Positions 10,558 to 20,598 of a stretch of 64,000 nucleotides of DNA are shown one piece after another. Under the pieces are notes generated by a model. The model was not told the origin of the DNA and did not search any database. It worked only from the letters and a program-made list of their open reading frames with translations. The stretch is from NCBI GenBank assembly GCA_040384445.1, contig JAZKJG010000001.1, positions 135,650-199,649 of the forward strand, read 5' to 3'. This stretch comes from Patescibacteria group bacterium (GTDB taxonomy: Bacteria; Patescibacteriota; Minisyncoccia; Phycocordibacterales; CAIZLB01). A program made the translations under genes and the position numbers. The stretch's first letter is position 1. Every line of letters starts with the position of its first letter.

Positions 10558-11475
10558 ATGAGACACACAATAAAATTTATATTCATTTTCCTTATCATTG
10601 CTCTTTTGGGAGTGCTTGGTTTTGCATATAATTATGAGGAAAAACCAGCTCCAGTTGAAGGTAGTGGTTCGGTTGTGCTTGAAGGAACGTATGAATGTCT
10701 ACCGTATATAGATACTGCACCAACTGAAAATCGAGTGTGTGATTACGGATTGATTACAGACACAGGTGAGATGTACGCTGTTGATTTTAATCAATTACTA
10801 CAGGCGCAGGCAGGACTCAGTGGAGGTGATAGGATTAAAGCTCAAGGAATTTTTACACCAATTGAAACATTGAGTTCTGATTATTTGACGAAACGATATT
10901 CACTCAAAGGGATATTCTCTGTTACAGATTCATTTGAAGTACTTGAGAAAAATAATTCCACCTCAAATGGCGTAATTTCATTTGATACACCTCAGGATTT
11001 TGGACTTGCTACAACCGTTGAACAAATTTTAGTTACGTCATATATTCCTCCATGTGATCCAAATTTTGATTACTGTCTATATTTTAACGGGAAAGAATAT
11101 CAAAATACAAATTTTGGAAGTGCAGGGATTAGAATTAAAAAGCGAACAGATTTAGCTACTGTAGATGCGTGTATTAATACACCGCCTGAAGGATATGTAG
11201 ATATGAAGCCGACTAATATTTCGAGCACTGGAGTGTATATACTCAGTTCGTTTCCAATTGGTGATGCAGGAATGGGTCATTATGCTTCTGGAGAATTGTA
11301 TCGGTTATCATATAGGGGAGTGTGTCACGAGTTTGAAACAAGAATAAGTGCTACGCAGTTGGCAAACTATCCCGAAGGAACAAAAGTTGAGTTTAAAGAT
11401 GAGGTGTTAAAAGAAAGAATTAAAAATGTATTACAGAGTGTTGAGTTGGCGGGTGGAGAGGTGATTACGTTTTAA
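10558..11475 (+). CDS. Hypothetical membrane-anchored, Cys-containing exported protein
   Basis: N-terminal TM helix; GTYECLP...C motif; 305 aa. Confidence 0.65.
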   Translation: MRHTIKFIFIFLIIALLGVLGFAYNYEEKPAPVEGSGSVVLEGTYECLPYIDTAPTENRVCDYGLITDTGEMYAVDFNQLLQAQAGLSGGDRIKAQGIFTPIETLSSDYLTKRYSLKGIFSVTDSFEVLEKNNSTSNGVISFDTPQDFGLATTVEQILVTSYIPPCDPNFDYCLYFNGKEYQNTNFGSAGIRIKKRTDLATVDACINTPPEGYVDMKPTNISSTGVYILSSFPIGDAGMGHYASGELYRLSYRGVCHEFETRISATQLANYPEGTKVEFKDEVLKERIKNVLQSVELAGGEVITF

Positions 11476-11561
11476 TAAAAAACACCTACGCTATAGCATG
11501 TGTACAGATATGGGTATATACTAAATATAGACCGAAATTATTAAGTAATTCAAATAAATAT

Positions 11562-11939
11562 ATGAATTCATCATACACATCACCAACAACAAAACCGATA
11601 TACCGAGGAACACAAGTTGTGTGGTATATCCTAGGCATTATTGAAGTGCTTCTTGCATTCCGATTTGTCTTAAAATTATTAGGTGCAAATGCTGCCGCTG
11701 GATTTACAAGTTTTATTTACAACGTTACATATATTTTCGCGGCTCCATTTCTTTCAGTATTTAGAAGTACGCGAGTTGTAGAAGGAAGTGTGTTCGAATG
11801 GACAACACTTCTTGCAATGGTTGTGTACTGGGTTGTTGCTGCTGGAATCATTAAACTTCTTCTTATGGGAAGAACAGTTTCAACTCCTGAAGCTGCGGTG
11901 AAGTTAGATCATCAAGATCCAAACACTCCGGCAGTGTAG
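11562..11939 (+). CDS. YggT family membrane protein
   Basis: EVLLAFRFVLKLLGAN...FIYNVT...APF pattern. Confidence 0.75.
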   Translation: MNSSYTSPTTKPIYRGTQVVWYILGIIEVLLAFRFVLKLLGANAAAGFTSFIYNVTYIFAAPFLSVFRSTRVVEGSVFEWTTLLAMVVYWVVAAGIIKLLLMGRTVSTPEAAVKLDHQDPNTPAV

Positions 11940-11999
11940 TGAAAGAGAAACACCTAGCCGTAACGCTAGGTGTTTTGATTTTAATGGTATAATAAACCT

Positions 12000-12686
12000 A
12001 TGATCAAAAAAGTCCCAGCAACAGATCGACATTTCAACGACTTTGGGTCACTTAAGACCTACTGGCTTTTTTCTTTTTCTGATTATGTTGATCGCGACAA
12101 TATGGAGTTTGGGGCACTTAGAGTATTTAACGATGACATTATTATGCCGGGAAAAGGATTCCCAGAGCATCCACATGACACGATGGAGATCGTAACAGTC
12201 GTTTTTGATGGAACTCTTACGCACACTGATAGTATGGGAAATGAAGCAACAATTTCTAAAGGTGAAGTGCAAAGAATGTCAGCAGGAAAGGGGGTGCTTC
12301 ATTCTGAATATAATAAACATGATACGCCTGTTCATTTATATCAATTATGGTTTTATCCAAATACAGATACGACAGCAGACTACGAGCAAAAGCAGGTGGA
12401 TACATCTATTACACAGCAAACTATTCTTGCATCTGAACACGAATCATCTGGAGTAACACTGTATTCTGATGCAGTCGTTTCGGAATTACAATTTGGAATG
12501 AGTTCTACATTTACAATTCGAATCGCAAAAGGATGGGGAGTACTCTTATATGTACGGGAAGGAAGTGTAATAGTTCGAGATGTTGAATATCATAAAGGAG
12601 ATCAGGCACGAATTACAGAGGAGGAAGAAGTATTACTCATGTCGACTGAGGGTGCGTGCGTGTTTATGGTTGAGACGAGAATGTAA
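12000..12686 (+). CDS. Pirin family protein (YhhW-like)
   Basis: FGALRVFNDD, HPH..MEIVT, HTDSMGN, MSAGKGVLHSE motifs. Confidence 0.92.
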   Translation: MIKKVPATDRHFNDFGSLKTYWLFSFSDYVDRDNMEFGALRVFNDDIIMPGKGFPEHPHDTMEIVTVVFDGTLTHTDSMGNEATISKGEVQRMSAGKGVLHSEYNKHDTPVHLYQLWFYPNTDTTADYEQKQVDTSITQQTILASEHESSGVTLYSDAVVSELQFGMSSTFTIRIAKGWGVLLYVREGSVIVRDVEYHKGDQARITEEEEVLLMSTEGACVFMVETRM

Positions 12687-12735
12687 ATAAAAAACACGAC
12701 AGCTATATTTCAAGCTGACGTGAATGGTGGGGTTT

Positions 12736-13647
12736 TTATTTGATTGACCCTCTGAAAAACAATCGTTGTTGCTGTGGACTTATTTCAATCCATGTTTCGA
12801 TCTGACCAGTCCCTTGAGTCCAGGGTTGCCACCGTATGAGTCTCCAACTTTCTAGGTCTTCACTCATAAATATAGATGGCTCAGTTCCTCTTGGATATGT
12901 CATTTGCACCAGAGAATACGTCCGTACATACGGAAACCCTTGCGGAATTGTTGGATCATAGCGCCAGTACCAACTGTATCCGTAGTCGGTGTACGTTTCT
13001 TGAGTCATTGAAATGGTTGGCTCAAACATGCGCACTCCTTCTTGGGTGTAGGTCTCGGTTCGGTTCCCGAACGTAACATTGTATCGGAGTTTTTTTCCAA
13101 GAATTGGGATACCGATTTCTCCGACATTATTTGTGACAGACACGGGAATAATCTCATCCTCGGTTTGAATAGACAGACCAGTCATGCCGGCCAGGAATAA
13201 TTTGTTACCCAGAGTTTCTGGAAATGCATTCTCAATGACACTTTCGCTGATGAATCCAAGATTGCCAATATTCTCTTTTCGGAATCCAAATTTTTCAACT
13301 CCAAGCACTTTCATGCTTAGGAAGAATCGTGTGGAGGGTGGCCAGAGCGTGTTGTTTCTTGGAAACTGAGATTGCGCAAGCAACACAAGTCGATATGCAT
13401 ATTTTGCATAGTTCTGCCTGTATCCTTGATACGACGGAACGAATTCGGTATATTGCTCTGAAACGCTGCTTAATCCTGAAGGTGTATGATACTGAATCAA
13501 TAAACTTGTTTCGCATAGTTGCCCTTGGGTAAGGTCAAGCCATTTGTCGGTGATGGAGGTTTGACTAAAGCTCTCCGGTGGTGATGCGACACACAAAGGT
13601 GATACGCAAAAAAAGAAACAGAAAAACAATGTGTAGAGTATATTCAT
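12736..13647 (-). CDS. Orphan exported protein (solo cassette) with SxDLxxW...LFFR C-terminus
   Basis: Signal peptide; ends SEDLESW...QQRLFFRGSIK; own promoter and terminator (12688-12722). Confidence 0.75.
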   Translation of the reverse strand: MNILYTLFFCFFFCVSPLCVASPPESFSQTSITDKWLDLTQGQLCETSLLIQYHTPSGLSSVSEQYTEFVPSYQGYRQNYAKYAYRLVLLAQSQFPRNNTLWPPSTRFFLSMKVLGVEKFGFRKENIGNLGFISESVIENAFPETLGNKLFLAGMTGLSIQTEDEIIPVSVTNNVGEIGIPILGKKLRYNVTFGNRTETYTQEGVRMFEPTISMTQETYTDYGYSWYWRYDPTIPQGFPYVRTYSLVQMTYPRGTEPSIFMSEDLESWRLIRWQPWTQGTGQIETWIEISPQQQRLFFRGSIK

Positions 13648-13767
13648 CGGAATTAAGGGGAAAAAGTTAATGTGCTCTTTTGGTATAGTATCATAGGCGC
13701 ATTAGGTTGTCAGTACGATATTTTTAATATAGACTGTCATATAATTCCGTAACCCAAGCCCTTTTTT

Positions 13768-14406
13768 ATGAACTATTATTTTCTGTGTATTGTTGGGGGG
13801 ATTTTAATCCTTCTCAACGTTGTCTCACAAGCCACTGTGCCTCGATGCACAGACTTGAGAGCAACCAAGATTCAAGGTACAAAAGTATTTCTCAGTTGGA
13901 CCGTTCCGACACCAACTATCCCTGAAGTGATTCAGGAGTTAGATCTACGCATGAGTACCGTTCCAATTACTTCCCTGAACTTCAATTCAAGAACACGCCT
14001 CACATTGCTGACTGATCCTGGTACACCAGGTTCAACTCAGTCGGTGACTATTTCGAACCTGAGTTTAACCACTAGGTACTACTTCGCTCTCAAGAATTCT
14101 GGAGTGACAGGTGGTCTCCCTCAAGTGTGGTCGACTATGTCAAATCTGGTTGAATCCATAACATTTGGAGCGACATTACCTGTCACTCTTGCCTGGGATC
14201 AAAATCCTGAGTCAGATGTGATTGGGTACAAGATCTATTATGGAATCGTGTATGAGGTCATGGATCAAACAGTTGATGTTGGGAACAATACTTCTGTTGA
14301 AATCTCAGGACTCGAGTATGACACAAGGTACTACATGATGGTTACCGCGTACAATACTGCTTCTCTTGAAAGTTTGCCCTCAACAATCATTGAGGTCACT
14401 CCTTAA
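13768..14406 (+). CDS. Exported protein with two fibronectin type III domains (solo cassette)
   Basis: Signal peptide; VTLAWD...GYKIYYG...ISGL...YYMMVTAYN..LES.PS; terminator at 14411-14446. Confidence 0.8.
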   Translation: MNYYFLCIVGGILILLNVVSQATVPRCTDLRATKIQGTKVFLSWTVPTPTIPEVIQELDLRMSTVPITSLNFNSRTRLTLLTDPGTPGSTQSVTISNLSLTTRYYFALKNSGVTGGLPQVWSTMSNLVESITFGATLPVTLAWDQNPESDVIGYKIYYGIVYEVMDQTVDVGNNTSVEISGLEYDTRYYMMVTAYNTASLESLPSTIIEVTP

Positions 14407-14506
14407 ATTCGCCCGCAGCCACGAAGGTGGACTGCGGGTTTTTTTTATGGTCTTAAGATTTTGGTATCTATATAAACAGAAAGAAATGAGGTAAGCTGAC
14501 AATATT

Positions 14507-16969
14507 ATGACATTTTCTTTAAGATACTATGTTCAAATTGTATGTGTATTTGCATTGTTTGTATGTGCTTCATATACGTATGCTGCCAATGATACATGGG
14601 AAAATATTTCTCCAAATGGAGCTTTAAGTTCTTCATTTAATACAATTGCAACTGCAGGGGATTATGTGTATCTTGGAACTGATAATGGAATCTATAAAAG
14701 TCTTGATTCTGGTCAAAATTGGGTAGCTGTAAACACAGGGCTTTCAACTCTTTCTATCAGAGCAATTAGTGTTGGATTTATATATGATTCAAACTCATCA
14801 ACATATACTGCAAACGGTTCCACATATGTGTTCATTGCTACAGATAGCGGGGTGTATTATTCAACGTTAGGAGGCGCCTCTTGGACTGCGGTAAATAGTG
14901 GTTTAACTGATCTAAACGTAACAGATATTGAAATTGATCAATCTCAAGCAACACAAGGTAGTTTTACAAATATATATGCAGCTACTCCAAGTGGTGTATT
15001 TAGAAGTGTAAATAATGGTTCCTCTTGGACATTGCAAAATACTGGTATGTCGGGATTAGCTGTTACTAAAATTACTTCTGATTATGGAAATGGAAAAATC
15101 TACGCACTTACAAGTACAAATGTGCTCTATGGAAGTACACTACGTTCATTTTCTGGAGTTGATGAAAGCTGGACTCTGTCATTTCAAAGCTCAGGAACAA
15201 CAACGACTGATGTTTCAATATTAAGTCCAGTTGGGCAAATTGCTTGGTTATCTACAAGTGCTGGAATTCTAAAAAGTGATACAAACGGTCAAAATTGGGA
15301 ATCAAAAAACATAGGACTTCCATCAGCAACAGTGAATACTGTGGTGAGTGATTATTCAAATGCTAATGTTGCATATACTGCTGTTTCTGGGAATGGAATT
15401 TATCGGACATTGAACGAGGCCCTGCAGACTCCACAGTGGACCTCTATAAATATTGGATTAACGGATCTTGAAGTTGCAGAAATAAAACCAAATCCAACTG
15501 ATTCAGATATCGTATTTGCAATAGGTGCAAGTGGGGTATATAGATTGACGTTAAGTACTACAACAGTTGACCTTACTCCACCTTCGACTATTACTGATCT
15601 ACAAGCAACAGGAAGTGCATTTCAAAATAACACAGTGTTAACATGGACTTCTCCTGGTAATGATGGAATTTATGGAACATCAACTTCATACATCATTAGA
15701 TATTCTACTTCTACGATTAATGAAAGTAACTGGAGCCAGGCAACTTTTGCTATTCTTCAGCCGACGCCATACGCATACGGATCTTCTTCAATATATTACA
15801 TGTTTAACTTAACAGGGAATTTACAATATTACTTTGCAATCAAAAGTTTTGACGGAACAAATTATTCTGCATTATCAAATGTGGTGAGTGTTGCAGCGCT
15901 TTCGGATATAGCTGCTCCTGATGCTCCTGCATCTGTATCAACTTCAGATGTTACAACAACAACCCTAACTTTGACGTGGCCAGCAGCTACCGATGATGTT
16001 GGTGTTGTGGGGTATGTTATTTATAAAGATAGTATTGCAATTGCTACAACAACAAGCGGATTAACATATTCTGTGTCGGGATTGACTTCAGGTACTGCAT
16101 ACTCATTTGAAATAAAAGCGTACGACGCACAAGGCTACTATTCCACTGCAGCCACAGTTAGTGTATCAACAGCAGTTGAAGTTAGTAGTGGAGGTTCTTC
16201 AAGTGGAGGAAGTAGTGGAAGTAGTGGCGCATCAAGTGCTGGTGGAGGAAGTAGTGGTGGAGCTGCACCTGCGGCAGTGAGTACACCAACTGTGAGTTCA
16301 AGTACACCTACAATATCAAACATAGCAACAAATTGTCCTGTCGGTTTTGTTTGCAGTGCTGCTTCAAGTGGAGTGGGGGCAAAATATAATTTCATTCGAG
16401 ATTTAAAACTTGGCATGAGTCACCCAGATGTAAAGGTGTTACAACAATATTTGAACAGTCAAGGATTTGTTGTGGCAGCAAAAGGGTCTGGATCGGTTGG
16501 TTTAGAGTCAAACTATTTTGGTCCTGCAACTCGAGTAGCAGTAATCAAATTTCAACTTAAAAATAAAATTTTACCTGCGGCAGGATTTTTTGGTTTGAAA
16601 TCAAGAACATTTATCAACGGACTATCTACTGGAACAAAAGTCGCTTCTGTACCACTTAATACTCCTCTAGTTGTTACGAAAACTCCTGTAACACTCGTGT
16701 CGTCAAAAATAATTCTGAAGGTTGGTTCAAGTGGAATTGATGTAAAAAATCTTCGGACAAAACTACGATCACTGGGTTATTTTGCTTCATATGGCTCATC
16801 TGCAAAAGTACCTGCATCAGCAGCTGTAGAGACAACATATTTTGGAGTAGATACGCAAAACGCTCTTAAAAAATATCAATGTGATCAAAAGATCGTGTGT
16901 TCAGGTGCACCGGCAACTACTGGGTGGGGAAATTTGGGTCCAAAAACAAGAAGTATCTTAGGATTATAA
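14507..16969 (+). CDS. Surface protein: beta-propeller-like repeats, two FN3 domains, Ser/Gly linker, two peptidoglycan-binding domains
   Basis: Repeated GxYxSxxxGxxW units; DLKLG...DVKVLQQYLN...YFGPATR.AV..FQ PG-binding motif. Confidence 0.8.
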   Translation: MTFSLRYYVQIVCVFALFVCASYTYAANDTWENISPNGALSSSFNTIATAGDYVYLGTDNGIYKSLDSGQNWVAVNTGLSTLSIRAISVGFIYDSNSSTYTANGSTYVFIATDSGVYYSTLGGASWTAVNSGLTDLNVTDIEIDQSQATQGSFTNIYAATPSGVFRSVNNGSSWTLQNTGMSGLAVTKITSDYGNGKIYALTSTNVLYGSTLRSFSGVDESWTLSFQSSGTTTTDVSILSPVGQIAWLSTSAGILKSDTNGQNWESKNIGLPSATVNTVVSDYSNANVAYTAVSGNGIYRTLNEALQTPQWTSINIGLTDLEVAEIKPNPTDSDIVFAIGASGVYRLTLSTTTVDLTPPSTITDLQATGSAFQNNTVLTWTSPGNDGIYGTSTSYIIRYSTSTINESNWSQATFAILQPTPYAYGSSSIYYMFNLTGNLQYYFAIKSFDGTNYSALSNVVSVAALSDIAAPDAPASVSTSDVTTTTLTLTWPAATDDVGVVGYVIYKDSIAIATTTSGLTYSVSGLTSGTAYSFEIKAYDAQGYYSTAATVSVSTAVEVSSGGSSSGGSSGSSGASSAGGGSSGGAAPAAVSTPTVSSSTPTISNIATNCPVGFVCSAASSGVGAKYNFIRDLKLGMSHPDVKVLQQYLNSQGFVVAAKGSGSVGLESNYFGPATRVAVIKFQLKNKILPAAGFFGLKSRTFINGLSTGTKVASVPLNTPLVVTKTPVTLVSSKIILKVGSSGIDVKNLRTKLRSLGYFASYGSSAKVPASAAVETTYFGVDTQNALKKYQCDQKIVCSGAPATTGWGNLGPKTRSILGL

Positions 16970-17028
16970 ATACAAAACCCTGTCCTCCGAAGAGGAACAG
17001 GGTTTTTGAGATTGAGAGTCAAGATGAT

Positions 17029-17292
17029 TCAAGGGTGTACCACTAGAGGTTTTGCCCAAACTGGAATAGTAGTTTCTCCCTTGTAAGGATGAGTGAGTAT
17101 GATTTGACCATGATCCAGGTGAGGTATAATCAGCTGAGGTCTTAACAATGCACACTCTGGACAGATCGATAGAGCATACACACAGGTGTTCACTGGACTG
17201 TTGAGATACGCTCGTCCAGGAACCATAAGTCGCTTAAATCTTGAATTGGGAATGTTGTTATTGCAGATTCTGCACTGGTAATGTTCAAGCAT
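17029..17292 (-). CDS. Orphan small Cys-rich (CxxC...CxxC) protein (solo cassette)
   Basis: MLEHYQCRIC...ICPEC; TTGACA(17343-48)/TATGAT promoter; terminator 16974-17007. Confidence 0.6.
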   Translation of the reverse strand: MLEHYQCRICNNNIPNSRFKRLMVPGRAYLNSPVNTCVYALSICPECALLRPQLIIPHLDHGQIILTHPYKGETTIPVWAKPLVVHP

Positions 17293-17376
17293 AAGAAGTG
17301 AAGGTTGTTCAGGAAATTTTATCATACCATTCTTCACATTTTTGTCAAATATTGACGCATGGAGTATAATATATGT

Positions 17377-18669
17377 ATGAGAACAAAAATATATATCATC
17401 ACAATTCTGTTGAGTATGTTTGTTTCCGCGCTCTACACCCCACAGGTATCTGCACAAACAACTTCACTTACATGTATGCCATTTTATAATAATCTACGGT
17501 TTGGTATGCGTGGAAATGATGTGGCTCGACTTCAAACAGCCTTAATCTCCCAAGGGTTTTTATCTAACGGTTTAGTTACTGGATACTTTGGCACAATGAC
17601 ATTTTTTGCAACAAAAAGATTTCAAGCATCTAGAGGAATTCCACCGACAGGATTTGTCGGAGAAATGACACGAAGTGCTTTAAATCAAATAGGATGTAGC
17701 GGTCCAATTATCCCTCCAATGCCGCCTGTGATCTCTTCTCCTGAGATTATATCTATTTCACCATCATCAGGACCATTTGGTACAACAGTAACGTTGTATG
17801 GACGAAATTTTAGCACCAGTGCTATAAACTCAATCAATTTTGCAGGAACTCAAAATGTTCGAACAGGATTATCTTCATACAATGGAACTACACTTCAGTT
17901 TACGATTCCTGCTACTCCATGCCCTCAAGGAGGTTATGTGTGTGCTCAAGTTGCACTCGCTCCAGGAAATTATCCTATAAGTGTTTCAAATAATGGCGGT
18001 ACAAGTAACACAGTATGGTTCTTGGTCACAGATCAATATGTGACACAGGATAGGGCACCAAGCATCAACGGAGTAGAGGGTCCAACAACTCTTGTAACTG
18101 GTCAGCAAGGAACATGGACAGTTCGAGCAACTGATCCCTACAGTGGAAATCTTACGTATTCAGTTACTTGGGGAGATGAAAATGTAACAAATGCAAATGC
18201 CGCAGCTGCGTATACTTCATATGGGCAGAGTGCTTCATTTACACATGCATACTACAATGCAGGCACATACACTCCTCGGTTTACAGTTCGAAATAGTAGA
18301 GGATTAGAAGCTGTTTCTACTATGACTGTTGTTGTAGGCACAAACAGTGGAGGGACTTCTTCTCAATACGTTACACTTGGATTAAATCAGACAGGTTCGA
18401 TTGGAACTATTGAGGTAACTCCAGTTGCAATAGTTGAAGATAGTCGATGTCCTGCAAATGTGAATTGTATTCAGGCAGGTAGAGTGGTCGTTGCAACAAC
18501 GATTCGATCTTTGTATGGACATAGAACTATTTCGTTACATTCAAATGGAGATATATTTACCGCTGAAGATGGGTATAAGGTTCAGATTACAGATGTTACT
18601 CCACAAAAATTTAGCACAGGAAGTATTTCAGATAGTCAGTACAGGATTACATATAAAATTTGGAGATAA
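17377..18669 (+). CDS. Exported protein with peptidoglycan-binding, IPT/TIG and PKD-like domains
   Basis: Signal peptide; DVARLQTAL...GYFG.MT...FQ; ISPSSGPFGTTVTLYG; WGD...HAY..AGTY; DSRCP..V.CIQAG tail. Confidence 0.8.
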   Translation: MRTKIYIITILLSMFVSALYTPQVSAQTTSLTCMPFYNNLRFGMRGNDVARLQTALISQGFLSNGLVTGYFGTMTFFATKRFQASRGIPPTGFVGEMTRSALNQIGCSGPIIPPMPPVISSPEIISISPSSGPFGTTVTLYGRNFSTSAINSINFAGTQNVRTGLSSYNGTTLQFTIPATPCPQGGYVCAQVALAPGNYPISVSNNGGTSNTVWFLVTDQYVTQDRAPSINGVEGPTTLVTGQQGTWTVRATDPYSGNLTYSVTWGDENVTNANAAAAYTSYGQSASFTHAYYNAGTYTPRFTVRNSRGLEAVSTMTVVVGTNSGGTSSQYVTLGLNQTGSIGTIEVTPVAIVEDSRCPANVNCIQAGRVVVATTIRSLYGHRTISLHSNGDIFTAEDGYKVQITDVTPQKFSTGSISDSQYRITYKIWR

Positions 18670-18711
18670 TTCAAAAGAAAACACCCAACTATTTCTAGTG
18701 GGCTTGTTTTT

Positions 18712-19050
18712 CTATGCAATGAGGACTGCATTTTCTTGGCTGACTTGAATCATTCCGAAGTCGTAACGCTCGGGTTTGGAGCCAGTATAAATAAGAATGT
18801 CTTCATCATCAACGAGTTCGAAGACTGGATTAATCCAAAGCAGTACGCAAGGAGGAATTGTTTTTTTCCATGTTCCATCCCTTATTTCTGCTACAAAGTG
18901 CAATGCAATGTTGAGCCGAATTTCTTCAGAGGATTCAACAATGCGTATTGCTGCTATTGGTCCACGCTGACCATCAAATTCCAAATCCTTTGTGGTGCAA
19001 TCTTTTGTTCTTGAAATAAACCATTGTAAATCTTTAAGTTCTCGTTTCAT
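18712..19050 (-). CDS. Orphan protein (solo cassette)
   Basis: TTGACA(19106-11)-16-TATGCT; leader CCTTAACCC; start MKRELKD; hairpin 18677-18712. Confidence 0.6.
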   Translation of the reverse strand: MKRELKDLQWFISRTKDCTTKDLEFDGQRGPIAAIRIVESSEEIRLNIALHFVAEIRDGTWKKTIPPCVLLWINPVFELVDDEDILIYTGSKPERYDFGMIQVSQENAVLIA

Positions 19051-19148
19051 GCTGAGAATATATGGGTTAAGGTACTTCATAACAGCATATGCCTTTTATA
19101 TTATTTGTCAATAATCAAAAAATTCCACCAGATTGGGGTCTGGGGAAT

Positions 19149-19448
19149 TTATGTCAGTTGAATAAACAACTGGTTGTCGCCAACTTTGGCAACAGAGATG
19201 GAGTGTTGAGGTTCTTTCAGTGTTAAGCTGAAGGTGAGTCCTTGAGTGCTGCTATGGTACTTGGGACGATTTCCAAGTTTACGATAATATCGTAGTAATG
19301 CTGCAGCAATCACACTCATATCGGGCAATTTTTTGAAGACTATAAGAATATTTTCACTGCATGTTGTGATGCTGAATATTTGAATAGTGCAGGAAAACTG
19401 TTGAGACAAAAAATGCGAAAGTGTAATGTCAGCTAAATCTTGTTTCAT
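19149..19448 (-). CDS. Orphan protein (solo cassette)
   Basis: Leader CCTTTAATCC; start MKQDLAD; terminator 19117-19150. Confidence 0.6.
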   Translation of the reverse strand: MKQDLADITLSHFLSQQFSCTIQIFSITTCSENILIVFKKLPDMSVIAAALLRYYRKLGNRPKYHSSTQGLTFSLTLKEPQHSISVAKVGDNQLFIQLT

Positions 19449-19498
19449 GGGCAGAAATAAAGGATTAAAGGTTCTAGTCATAATGCTACCATCCAAAC

Positions 19499-20173
19499 CT
19501 ACTGCCAGTCTATTTGCTTTAATCCGTGATCTGTTAGGTATTGATTTGCCTTACTAAACGGTTTTGAACCAAAAAAACCACTATATGCAGAGAAGGGGGA
19601 CGGATGAGCCGATTCAATTACGCAATGTTTTGTTTTATCGATAAGTGCGCCTTTTCGCTTTGCATAATTTCCCCAAAGTATAAACACAAGATGTTCTCTA
19701 TCTTCAGAAAGTTTTTTAATTACTGCGTCTGTAAACTTCTCCCATCCTTTGTTTTGATGAGATCCAGGAGTATGTGCTTGCACTGTGAGTGTTGCGTTTA
19801 ATAAAAACACGCCTTGTTTTGCCCATCTTGAAAGATCTCCATGTTCAAACGGAACAACACCTATATCTGATCTAATTTCTTTAAAAATATTTTGGAGAGA
19901 AGGGGGTAATTTTATTCCTTCATGAACTGCAAATGAAAGTCCGTTTGCCTGATCTGGACCATGATACGGATCTTGTCCTAGGATAACAACCTTAACTTCC
20001 GTGTACGGACACAAATCGAATGCTCTAAACACATCACGAGGTGAGGGGAAAATGGTATGCGATATATATTCATTTCGAATAAAATTAGACAAGTCCTTAA
20101 AATAAGACTTCTCAAATTCCTCGGCTAATGCTTTTTTCCAACCCGGTTCAATTGTAATATGATCTAGAGGCAT
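19499..20173 (-). CDS. ung: Uracil-DNA glycosylase family 1
   Basis: GQDPYH, PPSLQNIFKE, LLNATLTV, HPSPFS motifs. Confidence 0.97.
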   Translation of the reverse strand: MPLDHITIEPGWKKALAEEFEKSYFKDLSNFIRNEYISHTIFPSPRDVFRAFDLCPYTEVKVVILGQDPYHGPDQANGLSFAVHEGIKLPPSLQNIFKEIRSDIGVVPFEHGDLSRWAKQGVFLLNATLTVQAHTPGSHQNKGWEKFTDAVIKKLSEDREHLVFILWGNYAKRKGALIDKTKHCVIESAHPSPFSAYSGFFGSKPFSKANQYLTDHGLKQIDWQ

Positions 20174-20580
20174 GCCAACACATGTTTTTTAAAGTTATCC
20201 AAAATAGATTGCCATCCACTTTTCTGCATTTCCATAGTGTTCTCATTTTCAGGATCAAATGTTTCTCGTACAAGATACCCATCCTCTTCGTGAATAAATT
20301 CAATTTTTACTTTTCTTCCGTCTTCTAGCGAATACTCAATAAGCTCATTTTCTACAACATTCGTATACATTCCTGCAAAATCAAATCCAAAAGAACCATC
20401 TTTTGCTTCCATTCGAGTATTGAACGAACCACCAGTTCTTATATCGTTTATCGCACTAGGTACATGCCATTCTGGAGAGGCAAATGTCCATTGCATAATG
20501 TGTTCTGGCTTCGTCCAACATTCCCATATTTTCTCAATAGGTGCTTGGATGTGTGTTTCTACGGATATTGGATGTGTCAT
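20164..20580 (-). CDS. SRPBCC/AHSA1-like (START) domain protein
   Basis: APIEKIWECWT.PEHI..W, MEAKDGSFGFDF, GWQSILDNFK. Confidence 0.85.
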   Translation of the reverse strand: MTHPISVETHIQAPIEKIWECWTKPEHIMQWTFASPEWHVPSAINDIRTGGSFNTRMEAKDGSFGFDFAGMYTNVVENELIEYSLEDGRKVKIEFIHEEDGYLVRETFDPENENTMEMQKSGWQSILDNFKKHVLACL

Positions 20581-20598
20581 ATATGAGAGTATATCAAA

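Noticed and set aside
16180-16270. AGTAGTGG-type short repeats
   Set aside because: They encode the Ser/Gly low-complexity linker of the surface protein.
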